In this document: piece by piece, positions 13,301 through 26,285 of the stretch
Layout of the letters: every line of letters begins with the position of its first letter
Numbering within the stretch: position 1 is the stretch's first letter
Source of the DNA: Okamejei kenojei
Lineage: Eukaryota
DNA: 64,000 nucleotides
Direction of reading: 5' to 3'
NCBI GenBank assembly: GCA_035221665.1
Contig: CM069158.1
Span: forward strand, 27,156,001 to 27,220,000
Translations under genes and position numbers: made by a program
The notes under the pieces: generated by a model
What the model saw: the letters and a program-made list of their open reading frames with translations, nothing else
What the model was told of the DNA's origin: nothing
The model's database searches: none

Positions 13301-13420
13301 GCTTTCAGGATTTTTTCTTACTTTGTGGCAATATTTGTTCATTCAAAATAGGTTTGAAAGTCAACGTCGAGATTCTCCTGCAAATTTATCAGTATAACAC
13401 AAGTAAATCAAACCACCTAC

Positions 13421-14055
13421 CATTGAATTTATATTCAAAGGAGATCCTGAAGACAGACCCAGAGAAGCAAGCAGGGATTTCCGTTTAGGAGAACTGCCTA
13501 CATTCATATTGGAAGTCATGGAAGAACGTTTTCTTCTGCCTTTCTTTTTGCCTTCTTGAGACATTGGCTGTCCAGTTTCCAACTTGATGGCTGACGGAAT
13601 TGAAGCCTGTTTGTTTAAAACCGGCTGCTTCATATTTCCACCATTTGCAGTGGAAAATATTATTCTTCGTTTAGATTCGTTCTCTTGATCAGAGGCACCT
13701 TGGTCTGATGGTAAATCTTTATTCATTACCTCCGAGAAGGCCTTTTGTGTGTCCGCATACTGTAAAACCCCACCCATATTCGGTGAACTGGCTGGTGGGT
13801 TTTGACAGCTGGGGAGCCTAGGGCTGGCTGAATGTTGCGAAGCTGGACAATTGTGTTCAGAACTCCGAGGCTGCATCAGCGGCATTATTGGATGCGGCAA
13901 GTTTGTACTCTGCAAGGCAGAACTGTTGGCAAGGATACCTACGCTGGTGGAATCAGATTCTTCCAATGTCTTGTCGTGATTATTCGGTGTTGACTGGATG
14001 GAAGAACCAGAATGGAGTCCATTGACTGTCACAGAACCAGCTGAGTAACAAAAAC
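13421..14055 (-). CDS. DOT1L: DOT1L exon 24 (GFCYSAGSV...KRRIIFS...GKKKGRRKR...SPLNINSM)
   Basis: 635 nt; tag| and |gtaggt; ORF 13361..14119; NLS-like basic cluster. Confidence 0.95.
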
Positions 14056-14694
14056 CTACCAAACGAAAAACAATCCCAGTTTTGAGAATAATACCTTGTG
14101 CTACTTGGTACATAAGCACTCAAGAAAATTAAAAGTTAAAAAAAAGTTTCACAAAATCTCAGCAGCATTTTTCTCTCAAAGTTAAAGTAAGCAATTTTTA
14201 CATTCATTCGCCGAACTGGAAGTGCTTGAAATTTTACAGAATATAGAACAGGATAGCACAGGAACATGCCCATAGGCCCAATGTCTGTGCCGAACATGAT
14301 GCAAAGATTAATTAATCTCACCTGCCTGTACATGTTCCATATCCCTTATTGATATCCATACACATTAGATAACTATCATTAATTTGATTTTGATAAATGT
14401 GTGACTTTTAATCTCCTTCTGCCCAGCATCAAAATAATAAATTGTGGAACATTCACATTACTATAGAGACAAATTAAGATCTGACCAAAGTATTAATTGA
14501 AGTCTGAAGGTTCCCAGCCTCAAAACGTCACCTATCCATGTTCTCCAGAGATGCTGCCTGACCAGCTGAGATACACCAGCACTTCATCTCTTTCTTTGTA
14601 AACCAATATTTACAGTTCCTTGTATCTTCTGTTAATTGTATCAATTGCGTTATCATACAGGATAATTAGATAACAAATGGAAAAGAAACGCTAC

Positions 14695-14812
14695 CTGAGG
14701 TAGCCAAAGACTGTGGTTTGTGTGCAGCTGCATTTCCATAATTAGCACCATATTGTTTGTCAAGCATCGAAAAGTCACGATTTGATACATGAATAGGACT
14801 TGGTGTGTTTCT
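14695..14812 (-). CDS. DOT1L: DOT1L exon 23 (RNTPSPIHVSNRDFSMLDKQYGANYG...LATS)
   Basis: 118 nt; tag| and |gtagcg; phase 0-1. Confidence 0.92.
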
Positions 14813-15219
14813 CTATAAAAGAAAGCATGCCAAATTAATTAGCTCAAAGCAGTAAAGCCGTAGTTTTGATATTACTTCTTGCTAGATATTTAAAACAACA
14901 TACTTGAGACAAACGTACAAAAACTATTACGTATTGCTTCAAACAAATTTTGTCTGATAAAATTAGTTGTTAAGTATTAACTGCAGCCTGGAAAATCAAC
15001 TCCCTTGTTCTTCAATAGACTGGTAGAGTCCAATATATTTGCATCGCGTTTTGCTTAGTATATGTCAACAGTGGTTTACAATTTTTGTCACTAAGGCCTG
15101 TTACGAGGATTCATTTTCCTGTCATTGGCCCTCCCGAAGGACTCCTTCTTGCAGCATTGTTAATATAGATATAATTGCCAAGCCACAGCAATGCAGCTTT
15201 AATTCTACTCCTATTATAC

Positions 15220-15745
15220 TTGGGCACCATATCCGAGGAAGGATGTGCTGGCTCTGGAGAGGGCCCAGAGGAGGTTTACAGGAATTATCCCAGGAATGAA
15301 TGGGTTAACATATGACGAGTGTTTGACGACACTGGGCCTGTACTCACTGGCGTTTAGAAGAATGAGGGGGGACCCCATTGAAACGTACCGAATAATGAAA
15401 GGCTTGGATAGAGTGGATGTGGGGAGGATGTTTCTACTAGTGGGAGAGTCTAGAACTAGCGGTCATAGCCTCAAAATTAAAGAACCTTCCTTTAGGAAGG
15501 AGATTGAGGAATTTCTTTAGACAGCGCGGGTGGCGAATCTGTGGAAATCTTTGCCACAGAAGGCTGTGGAGGCCAAGTCAATAGATATTTTCAAAGGCAG
15601 ACATAAATAGATTCTTGATTAGTACAAGTGTCAGGGATTATGGGAGGGTTAGGAGGGAGAGATATATCTGCCATGATTGAATGGCGGAGTAGACTTGATG
15701 AGCCAATTGGCCTAATTCTGCTCCTATCACTTATGACCTTATGAG
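15220..15745 (+). mobile_element. CR1 LINE 3' fragment
   Basis: LERAQRRFTGIIPGM...LGLYSLAFRRMRGDPIETY; ttatgacc tail. Confidence 0.92.
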
Positions 15746-15859
15746 TTGAAGATCAATGTTCAATAACAAATTTAGAACACACTGGGTCTGGGAATTGCTT
15801 GGACCAGTTCCACTTGGTTAAGAGACGCTGCAGAGAATTAAGGGAAATCCCAATTTAGG

Positions 15860-16190
15860 CAAAGAATAAAAGTACAATACAGCACAGGAACAGTCCCTTT
15901 GGCCCACTAAGTCCATGCCAAGTTAAATTAATCTCATCTGCCCGCACTTGACCACATCCCTCTATTCCCTGCAATTCCACATGCCTATCTAAAAGCCTCT
16001 TAAACGCCATTATCCTATCTGCCTCTACCACAACTCCTAGGAATACATTCCAGGCACCCACCACCCTCTGTGTAAAATAAAAATGCCCTGCACATCTCCT
16101 TTAAAATCTTTGTCCCCCTACCCTCAAACTATACCCTCTAGTCTATGGCATTCACACCCTGAGAAAAATGGTTCTGACTGTCTACACTCT
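15860..16190 (-). mobile_element. CR1 LINE 3' end
   Basis: VGAWNVFLGVVVEADRIMAFKRLLDRH. Confidence 0.85.
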
Positions 16191-17130
16191 ATATGCTTAT
16201 AAGTTTATATACATCAATCAGTATCCCGTACATTATCATGTGATATACATTTTTACCACATTAAATAGTACTGCAATGGCACATATGCTCTTTAGGGAAT
16301 CTCATGACAGTGCAAACAACATAATGGAAGGAATAACGGCAGGTTTTCTCATTTGATTTTGGGAATGCAATCCAGGTTTAGGACGCACTGCAGGTCTGCA
16401 GATGAACTACAGCTAGAATGGTCATCAAGCTTTTTGTGAATTAAATCATACAGTTTAATGAATTGATAAATTGCCAAAGTTTTGAAGGGAATGCCACAGC
16501 AAATGAGAAAATACACGGAGAAGATGTTGGTCACTACTGGGTTAAAATCGCGTGCTCTTTGAAGTAGCTGCCAATGTTTTTTACTGCGACACTGCAGGTA
16601 CAGAAAAGTGAGATCTAAACATTGCTGGCGGTAACACTGCAATCGACAGCAGGTTATTGAGTTATCAGAACAAATCAAATCAACAGGCTCATAAGTGGCG
16701 TCATCAAAATGAAAAAACAAGTGAGATAAAGGCAGAGGTGGAAGGGCTAAAGCGAGAATGTGGACGGGCTAATGAAAGCAGTGGCATGGGCAACTTCAAG
16801 TCAGCAAAGCAAACCACGGCAGCACATCAGAATGACCAAGTCAAAACAGAGGGTAGTCGTTAGTGGGAGTTCAGGTTTGTATGCGATGTTTCAGTGGAAG
16901 TTTAACTGGACATTTAGTAATGTAATGAAAAGGATGGATGAGATTCGTGGAGAGACATGACTAAATAGGAGAGTGATGGTGTTATAGCTACTGATTCATG
17001 AACTCTTCAGACCTAAACAGGGCACCAAACTGGTAAGATTAGCAAAGACATGGGAATATTATTATCCAAAAAGCGCTAAACAAATTTAAATTTCTTATGA
17101 AATGTAGCGTTTTGATTAAATGTTACTCAC

Positions 17131-17283
17131 CGCTTTCTCAGCACGAACTGGTAGAACTACACTGGCCAAAGGAATGCTAACAGGCAATTTGTTTGGTTGA
17201 ACAGTGCTCAATGGAATACTGATTGGTAGGCTGGTTATGGTTTCTGAATTATTAACTGGACTTTTGTTAAACTCTTTTGAAAG
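17131..17283 (-). CDS. DOT1L: DOT1L exon 22, AF9/ENL-binding sites (ITSLPISIPLSTVQPNKLPVSIPLASVVLP)
   Basis: 153 nt; cag| and |gtgagt; tandem LPxSIPL motifs. Confidence 0.96.
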
Positions 17284-17839
17284 CTGTGGGGAAATTAAAA
17301 AATAAACATGTTATAAAACAGTACAAAGAGGTAGAAAGTAAAATTAATGCAACCATGTAGAAATTGAGATTAGGTTGATGGCACTGAATTGTGTCAGCAT
17401 CATTTGAAGTAACACTCATTGATAACAGTGCAAATCCTCCAAGATTCACATCGCTCAGCTAGGAGATAAGGCCATACCTAGTCTATTCCTGAACAGATGC
17501 TGACGCAGCATTCAACTCCACTGGACACATCACTGGGACATCTTGATTGTGCCAGTAAATTAATCAATTCAAATGAAACAATGCTAACCCAGACAGGATT
17601 TCCTACTCTCAGGTAACTACTTACTATGCAATAGTAACGTTACAAATGCCATTGAAAAAGTATAAAGGAATACACAAAAAAAAAATGACAGGCTGGATCA
17701 GCAGTTCACTTTCAGCTGTTGACATTGAAGTCCTTGGCATCCATTGCTACTTGCTGACAGATTTGCAAGGACACGCAAATCTAGCAGGACCTACTTACTC
17801 TTGAGACTTTTGATGCCAAGAAGGAAAATAAATAAGTAC

Positions 17840-18698
17840 CCGTATTTCCCGGCAATGAAGACGTACTCCCATTTTGAGTTGCAAATTTTTTTTAAAAGGC
17901 TGGTGGGACAGGATCAAGGGTTTGGTTTAGTCCAGGGGTCGGGAACCTTTTTGCATAGGGGCCAGGACCCATGTTTGTGAGCGGATGACGGGCCACATCT
18001 ATCGCCATGGTTAATAAATGGAGGTAATAATACATACTAATTAAATTAGTAATTAGTAATAATAAATACTAATAATACATAGTTTTCACGTGTTTTTCAA
18101 TTAGTTTTCTGCAATTTCCAGATCCCTGCGTGCCCCGGGACTGGCTGCAGTTCCCAAGTCGCCTGCGAGCCCCAGGACTAGCTGCAGTTCCTCGAGTCCC
18201 CGGGACTGGCTGTAGCACCCAGGTCGCCTGCGAGCCCCAGGACTAGCTGCAGTTCCCAGGTCGCCTGTGAGCCCCGGGATTAGCTGCAGTTCCTAGGTCA
18301 CATGTGAGCCCCGGGACTAGCTGCAGTTCCCAAGTCGCCTGCGAGCCCCGGGTCTAGCTGCAGTTCCGCTGTCCGGTCCCGGCGGCCGCTCGCAGCCACC
18401 CAAGCTACTGAGCGAATTGCTGGCATGATCCCCGACCCCCTCTTTCTCAACGCTCCTGCCCTCCCCGCAACTTTACCCCTGGAGGCCCAGCCGTGCTGAC
18501 CCGGGTCTGACTCCCCACACGCTGTGGAAGGAACTCTCCCCCACCAGCAGTGCTGTCCTATTACAGCTGCTGTACTGAGGGATAATTAAGTCTATCTTTC
18601 TTGGCTAACAAACTAACCTTCAGCTTCCAAGACGCAGGTAAATTTCCGGGCCTTATTTTCGGGTAAAAAAAAAGCATCTCCACTGCCGGGAAATACGG
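17840..18698. mobile_element. Tc1/mariner(pogo)-type MITE with a nested hAT-like fragment
   Basis: TIR ccgtatttcccggca ... tgccgggaaatacgg|ta; internal caggggtcgggaacc (17932) ... ccccgacccc (~18440). Confidence 0.7.
18125..18368. repeat. GC-rich 37-bp minisatellite, about 6.5 copies
   Basis: Unit gcctgcgagccccgggactagctgcagttcccaggtc read directly. Confidence 0.92.
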
Positions 18699-19699
18699 TA
18701 AACAGGATTACTCAATTTCAATAGAGTTGGCAGGGCAAGGATTTAGGAGGGAAAATGGAGCATGTTCCTTTACTTAATAATCACACCTTCATGCTTTTAA
18801 TTACTGGCAAATGTTTTAGTCATGTATTTTATTTTAATATTTTATTTAGATCAATTTTAAAAGCTTTTAAATTTCTGACCGAACTTTAATAGCTGCCAAA
18901 ATTCAGCCCTAGCTATTCAACTGTCTGAGTACGTCAGGGGCATTTCAAGGGTGTGCTTATTTACTGTACTGTTCAGAGCAAGCACAATATGGTCAGCAAA
19001 AAGCTGTCAGATGTCACAGTTTGTGGATTCCCCACCCTCCATAACAGTTTATTAAAGTGACAGTGGTTTTGGATTCCAGGTAATACATTAAAAAAAAACC
19101 CAATGCAAACGTATGCAATGCATGCAGTTGTTTTAGCGACGAGAGGAAGTTTCTTGGTGATTTATCATGAACCGACTGGGATTTTATTCTATTATTTCAG
19201 TGACCAAAAAACTGGAGATTGAGGCCAGTTGAAAAAGTAATAACTTGCATCCTTAAAAGATTTGTCGCATTGGTATCACCAATGTGGTCCTTGTATCACA
19301 CAACCAAAACCACTTTTCACTGTTCTGTTGTACATGTGACAATAACAAACTAGACTAAATACAAAACTAAACCTAACACACGCTTGTGTTAGAGATAATG
19401 ATGACACTGACTATTCACAAAGCAAAGGCTGAGTATTTACTTTTTTTTTAAAAAGAAAAATCTTAAGTCTCATGATTTTACATGCAGTAGCATAATGTAT
19501 AATTGAAGTCAAGCCGAGTCGTCCCTCCATACATTTTGAAAAGAGTTTTAGTGTGTTGTGAACTATAAAATATGCTACTCTGCCGAGCAGACAAGTGAAT
19601 GAATGTAAATGAAGAGCGGGTGACATGATTGGGAATCATTCAGCTAATGTAAATAATGCCACGTTGTGTTTGTCTCATAAATCTTCAACATAATAATAC

Positions 19700-19838
19700 C
19701 TTCTCGATGCTTTTCTCACATGTCATCTGCTGGATTATTGGTGACGATGGTTGTAGCTGTTCACTGGGACCATGCTGAATACCATTAGGAAGTCCTGCGT
19801 TTGGATGAGGAAGGCCAGTTTCTCTCAGGTTTTCAAAC
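19700..19838 (-). CDS. DOT1L: DOT1L exon 21 (FENLRETGLP...CEKSIEK)
   Basis: 139 nt; cag| and |gtatta; phase 2-0 fits neighbours. Confidence 0.9.
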
Positions 19839-20607
19839 CTGCAACACAAGAGGTTGTTGCAATTCAATACAACAATGAAACTGACTGCACAACTATGCAC
19901 TTAAAAAGTAACAAATTGTTCTATTTGGGACCCTTAATCCCCAAAAGCAACGTTAAAAATGTGTTGTAAATTTCCTACGATTCAAAGCTTTCTGAAGCGA
20001 AAGCATTCCAAACTTTGATCTTGCCCGGAGCTCGGAGATTTATCTGTAGTTTCTTGGCTTTTCTCCTCCATTGATCAAGTTTAGACTCCTTCTGTTGCAG
20101 AATTGTGTATCACAGATATGTTTGCGAGATTCTGCGAATTAAATTCTTTGAAAATACCAGACGCAAAGTGATAGTGTTGTCATGAACACAGGCACACTAA
20201 AATGCCATGCTAAATTTCAGGCGTTTCGGATGCCATCATGACTAAAACAAATTTAGTTTATTTTAAGAGTTCAGTTATCACTCTTTTTTAAAAATCTTCG
20301 ATACATTTAGACTCACTCTTTTGCACATTCATCCTGTCAAAATCGTGCAGTAGTCCAATTTAAAAAAATCTGAATGATTTTAGATTTGGTCAAATCATTA
20401 AAAGTGCTGATGGAAGATGGATTACAACATTAAGCACTGTTCTAATTGTAGATTAATTTTAATAAATGCAAGAGTGAAGATTTATTTAATAAACAGCTAA
20501 GCAATATTTAAATCCACAAGGTGGCAGTATTTTCATCTTGCATTTTGGGTAGTGCTAACAAACAACTACTGCAGTTCGGATTCACTCTTCACTAATCTGT
20601 CACTAAC

Positions 20608-21092
20608 CTCTGGGCACAGGTCAACTGTGCTTCATGTGCAAGCTTTCCCCCTCCTGTGTGATCCTGATTCAGATGTCGGCGAAGTGCTATTTTGGCTGGA
20701 GAAAATCTGGTGTAGTCAGGAAGAGAATGACTCAAGGATCGGTCCAATTTGTGTTTGCTCATAAGATTTGGCATGCACAGTCCATTTTCCTGGTCTGGGA
20801 ACACAGTGTTGTATACATTCTGTGACTTGGAAGAAGGTCGGCTTAAAGAACTGTGAATTTCAAAAGGAGTTGCACTTCCATTAATAGAAAGTTCGGGGCT
20901 CAACCCATTCATACTTCCCATTGGAATTTTAGGACATTCAACTTCAAGTTGATATCTATTTCTTTCGGTATCCATTTCATAATTCTTGTTTTTGTGACGT
21001 AAAGGAAGGGATACATCATCTGATGGCATGTAAGATTTAAGCTGAATTAATTCTTGCTGTCGTTGACACTTCTCCAATTCCACAATGCTTAT
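20608..21092 (-). CDS. DOT1L: DOT1L exon 20 (ISIVELEKCQRQQELIQLKS...DYTRFSPAKIALRRHLNQD...)
   Basis: 485 nt; tag| and |gttagt; ORF 20592..21083. Confidence 0.96.
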
Positions 21093-22643
21093 CTAATAGT
21101 ATCAGAGGGAAGAGAATAGAAAAAGCTATAATCCATTATTGTATTTCTCCAAATTTAACTGTAAACATAATTTTATGTTTAAAATCTAAATAAGTGGATG
21201 CAGAGTTTCCTTTAAAAATAATTAAATGACAATGGACGTTATATGAGTATCAATGGGAATTTGTAAACTATTAACTTCCCCATAACCTTTATTTAAATTT
21301 CATTTTCAGTGTAAATTCTTTAATATTTCACATTACTTAATCAAAACTCAATTATTCACACAATTATCCTTTTGACCTGAAATATGGGTTTCAATCCACA
21401 CCAATAGAATCAAAACCTGCTATATCAGTGAAACGTGTGTGTCACAGATGACAAAAGTGACAAATGTAATATTAACAGGTTTGAGAGCCATATTAAAATC
21501 AGCACATTCAAATATGGTTATAAGCTTAGAGTTTATTTTTTTAACCTGTGAGAGGAAGCAATTTTTAACTATGCTGAAATGGAATTTCATTTATTTCACA
21601 TTGTGCTCGGTAACCCACAAAAAAAAACTGTTTCTACCGAGGCCTATGCCTCAAACAAGCAAGTCCTCCATCCTTTGGAACTCCCTCCAATTCTAGCTCT
21701 TGACCGCACTTTCATTAATAACCCCTAGAACATCTCAAACAAGATCTTTAACATCTGCTCCAGCTTTCTTGTACGGCTTGCCATCAGATTTTGGATGGCA
21801 ACACTCCAGTAAAGTGTCTTTATACATTTTTGCCAACAAATGTACAGTTGCTGTTCTCTATTTAAACATCAGTTCTAAATGTAATATTGTGGTCAAATTA
21901 CATTAAATTTAATATTCTACCCTGTATATTCAAGCAGCGTTAAATGATCCACGATTTTACTTACAAGTCCTCCCGTCAACATTAAAATGTAAATCATTGC
22001 TCCCCAAGGCCATACTCCAAAATCACAAAACATTACAAATAGCTCATTTTCCAAAATTATTTAAGAGGAAAATATTGTGTGCTCAGTACGTTCAAACCAA
22101 CGTCTGAAAAGCACTATTATGTGATTAAGTATGTATGTTCTTCGCCTTAAAGGAACCACGGTTGCACAAGTGTGTAGAGCCGCTGCCTCATAGCTCCAGT
22201 GACCTGGGCTCACCCCTGAACTTCAATGCTCTGTTTGTTCTCCCTGTGGGGGTCTCCCCTGGAAGGGAGTGAAGGTGGAGGTGAGTGGCAGGTGTTGGAG
22301 GAGTTCATAAATTGATAAGAATTCATGCGGACTCCAGGTCTGTACCGTGACCATAACAAAGCTCAGTCGAGTTAGGAACAGACTCAGAAACATGGCTTGT
22401 GGGACCGCTGACGTGGACAGGAGAACCATTACATTTAACCAGTTTGTAGAAATAAATATATTCAACCACTATCATCCTAGTCAGACATGATGCAAAGTCA
22501 AAGTCAAGTATAGGAATGGCTATCACAGCTCCCTGTTATCAATGCTCGTCCACTACCAAGCCATTAACGAACTACTCTGGAAGATCTATCAAAACTGAAA
22601 TTTGAGTACACTGCAAGCATCCTTCTTACATGCCTGATAACGT

Positions 22644-22644
<1 letters not shown>

Positions 22645-22691
<47 letters not shown>
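22645..22691. repeat. Poly-C tract (47 nt)
   Basis: Read directly. Confidence 0.95.
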
Positions 22692-22729
22692 ACAAAAAAT
22701 ATACACAGAACAGCTTGGGGCTATCCTAC

Positions 22730-22855
22730 CTGAAGCTCTAAGCAGTGCCTCTGTTTTTCTGAGACCTGGCCCTTCAAGGTTTGTTTCTCCTTCAGCAGGT
22801 TGTCCAAAGACAGTGAAGACCAATCCAAACTCAGCTCTTCACATCGTGCTTTCAG
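22730..22855 (-). CDS. DOT1L: DOT1L exon 19 (LKARCEELSLDWSSLSLDNLLKEKQ...RHCLELQ)
   Basis: 126 nt; cag| and |gtagga. Confidence 0.96.
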
Positions 22856-23372
22856 CTGGAGAATATGAACCGCATGAAATGCCCATCAACTGCCCCTCAC
22901 CCACATAATATATTTATTTGTTTGAAAAATTAGATTACATTATCTCTTAAATATTTAAGTCCATTGCCCTGCATTACTTTCTCCTTAAAATTGTCATATG
23001 CTTAAAGCTAATTTTTATATCCGTTAGATCATTAACTTGCTTTACCATTCAAGACAATGGAAGAATGTTTTATTTTCTTCCTCAACCCTTACTCTGCACC
23101 ACTATTAACCAAATTAGAGTAGAAATATTCCTTCATTGACCATCAGAACCAAAGATGTATCTTTCATTGCATTTCCTGCAACATTATTATCTTAAAACCA
23201 TAATTAATTTATTTTACGTACGATTAATGGTTTTTTGATTAAAAACTGATATTACAGCACCCACTTTCTAATTACAATTCAACAGATCAAGCCACTCAAC
23301 CTGCCATTGAATTTTGAAAAAGGCCATGTATATATTCAATTACATCCCACTCCAAACCCATTAAATAATTAC

Positions 23373-23510
23373 CAGCTGCAGACTTTGTTTCCTGAGGTCA
23401 CCATTGTCCTTTTCCAGCTGCTTTGTCTGTTCTTTTAGCTGCCTGTTGTGCGCAATAATCTCTTTCTGTGCTTGGAGTAAATCATTGAACGTCATGGCCT
23501 TTATACCCAA
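23373..23510 (-). CDS. DOT1L: DOT1L exon 18 (LGIKAMTFNDLLQAQKEIIAHNRQLKEQ...QSLQL)
   Basis: 138 nt; cag| and |gtaatt. Confidence 0.96.
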
Positions 23511-24993
23511 CTGGAAGAAAACGCAAGGTGTCAAGTGTCAATTTTAAATGCTGTTGTGCAGAGCCAGCTCTTCTCAATTCATTACTGCTCATACACACAT
23601 TGTAGCCTTATTCAATTATTTACCAAAAACCTCAAATTATTCTGAAACTTGAGAAAAATTAGAAAACTAACTTTGATTGTCAAACCCAAATATAATTTAG
23701 TGAATGGATTTAAAACAATATACTGAAGATTTACTATAGTGTATTTGTTCAACCTACTTTATTAAATTATTTAAAATCTACATGAGTTCATAAGTTAAAG
23801 GAGCATTCGGCACATCAAGTCTACTTCACCGTTCAATCATTGCTGACCTATTTTTTTTATCTCTCGACCCCATCCTCCTGCCTTCTCCCCATAAGCCCTG
23901 ATATCCTTACTAATCAAGAAAAATGTTAAAATCCTAGCAATTATGGCAATAATTATCAGCTTAATTTAGTGAAAGCAGCTGACCAAAATGGCTTGCCAAA
24001 AAAAAAGTTTTTAGTACTTATAAATTTAGTAGTCTTGAAACAAAAAAAAACGTTACAAGTACTTATATAGTTAGTAGTCTTGAAACACGTCATGGCAATT
24101 AAATATTTAGAATGTCACAACTAGGTTTATACACTATTATTACAGATGTCTCTCAATTTGCACTAAAGCCAGTTGTAATTCCAGGGTCGGTACGTTAAGG
24201 ATTGTGATGGCTGACAATCGCATGTCATTTGTTTTCACCTAATCACTCACATACTTAATTTTAACTTTACAATTGTCATACCTGCAAATTAAAATCTGAA
24301 TTAGAGATCTAAAAATATATATTTTTCAAGCCCTGCCTGCTGTCCAATCTTTATTTTGCTTTTCGCACATCATTAAATCTAATTTATATTTCCAGGTTTA
24401 TACCTCCTGGTTAAGGCTCTGCACGTCTCAGTGAAGATTCCTCAAAACGTTTGATCGAAGAGCCTCACAGTTTCTTGTCCTGTTCAGAGTCTCCGCAGAG
24501 AGCGCCACACTGAAACAGATGCCAGTTAGAAAATGTCTCCTCAATCCGTGGCAATTGCCAGCGAGGTAACAAGGCAAGCGAGTGCCTTTCCTGCTAATGT
24601 TGTCAGTAATTAATTTCAGAGCAATGTTTTCACATAATGTGCCCCACATTATGAGAAGCTAGACAGTCTCTTCCCCTATCCTACCTTGTCAACTTTTCAA
24701 TTAGGTCATTTTATGTATAAAGTGCATACTAAGGATTCAGAATGAAAGCTTTATAAAGGGGATAGGGCTCATAACCAACTCTTAACATGTTATGTGACCG
24801 CAAGATTGTGTACACAATACAACCACACCAAATAAAGTTCAGTGCACGTGATACAGGCTAATGAGTTTTACAAAGATTCCCACTTGAAATGTTAACATAT
24901 TTGTATGATTTAGTCATATATAAAGAAACCTCAAAGTAATGCAGGGCTTAGCAAGTATTTTACATTCTCAACATGAAGCCACACAATTCATAC

Positions 24994-25095
24994 CTCTTCA
25001 AGTTTCTGCTGAAAAAGATGGCGGACCTCTTCCTTTTGCGTCTGACAATGTCTAAACAGCTGCTGTGCTGTTCCTGTCAACTGCATGTTCTTCAA
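24994..25095 (-). CDS. DOT1L: DOT1L exon 17, coiled coil (LKNMQLTGTAQQLFRHCQTQKEEVRHLFQQKLEE)
   Basis: 102 nt; cag| and |gtatga; within the AF10-binding coiled-coil region. Confidence 0.96.
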
Positions 25096-26193
25096 CTGCA
25101 AACCAAAAAAGATTATTACCTTTTGTTTACAGCTACCTACATAGATAGTATCTTCTGAAATTTCTCAAACAAAAGGGATTGCCGCAACCTTTGATCTAAT
25201 TGGATCACATTCAAGGCTCGGGGCGATTCTAATTTCCTTTAAGGTAAAAGATTATACCAAAACACTTCCCTAGTGATTTTAGTTAGAAAAATTCAGCTAC
25301 TACTAGTATTGTAAATATAAAGTCTGTTAATTCAGAAGTCAACTGGATAAACCAAAAACTATTTATTCTCCTGCCCCTAGATGTGTCTTTGTATCCTTTA
25401 ACATCAACAGAAACTCCAAGGTATACACTGATAACTGCATAAAAGATTGGGACATGCCTTGTAGGAATTTTGCTTGGTGCAGCCCATCACATTTTGTGAA
25501 TGTTATTGCCGAAACGAGTTAAGAAAGAATCCCAAATTATTATAGTAGAAAAATTGGAAAAGCAGTAAATGGAATGAATCGGGTGCAGAAGAGGGACAGA
25601 GGGAGTTAAAAACAAATTTCTAAACAGAGAGCTGGGGCAAGTGTGGTGTGGAAGCAGAGAGGAAAAATAAGACACGTCTAAAAATGTAGACATGTGAGAA
25701 TGAAATAAATTAGATGACCAGTGGTGGTGCTTGCATTGGGACTATACTTTTTTTTTTAATGTGCAATAATTTACAATATTTTACAATTCATTCATTGCCT
25801 TTCAGCAGCCTGTTTGAAAATCAGTAATGCTCAATAAACAATGTCATTGACAGGTTTCACAGCAGCATCAGCCTGTGGCTGCATCACTGGACATCTGTCA
25901 AGGTATTTTGCTGCTGCTTCAAGCCAAAGACTCACACATCGGAGAATATTGTGTCATGAATGGGTAGTTTGTCTTTGACATCTAGTCCTGGCCCTACAGC
26001 TGCAAGGGAAGCAGTACTACACTTTATGTCAAAGCTCACTTTTGCCAAGATATTGAAATAACAGTTGCTGCCTGTACATCTAAATCAATACTCCCAAGTT
26101 AAGCCTGCACAATCTTTAGTCCATTACATCTGCCATATTTTTTTGAAACATTAAAGATTTACTGTCATTTTACAGTTGAATAAAAAGATATAC

Positions 26194-26285
26194 CTTTTCC
26201 TGGTCCAGTAACTGCTGCAAATTTGTCTTATATTGAGGTGTCTTCATATATGCCATGAATTGCAGATACTGCAACCTGAAAGACT
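26194..26285 (-). CDS. DOT1L: DOT1L exon 16 (ESFRLQYLQFMAYMKTPQYKTNLQQLLDQEK)
   Basis: 92 nt; cag| and |gtatat. Confidence 0.96.

Noticed and set aside
22626-22908. Poly-Pro and poly-Gly ORFs
   Set aside because: Products of the poly-C tract and the antisense or alternative frames of exon 19.
23995-24090. ~45-bp tandem duplication (also ~21 bp at 12780-12820)
   Set aside because: Ordinary local slippage duplications with no sign of function.
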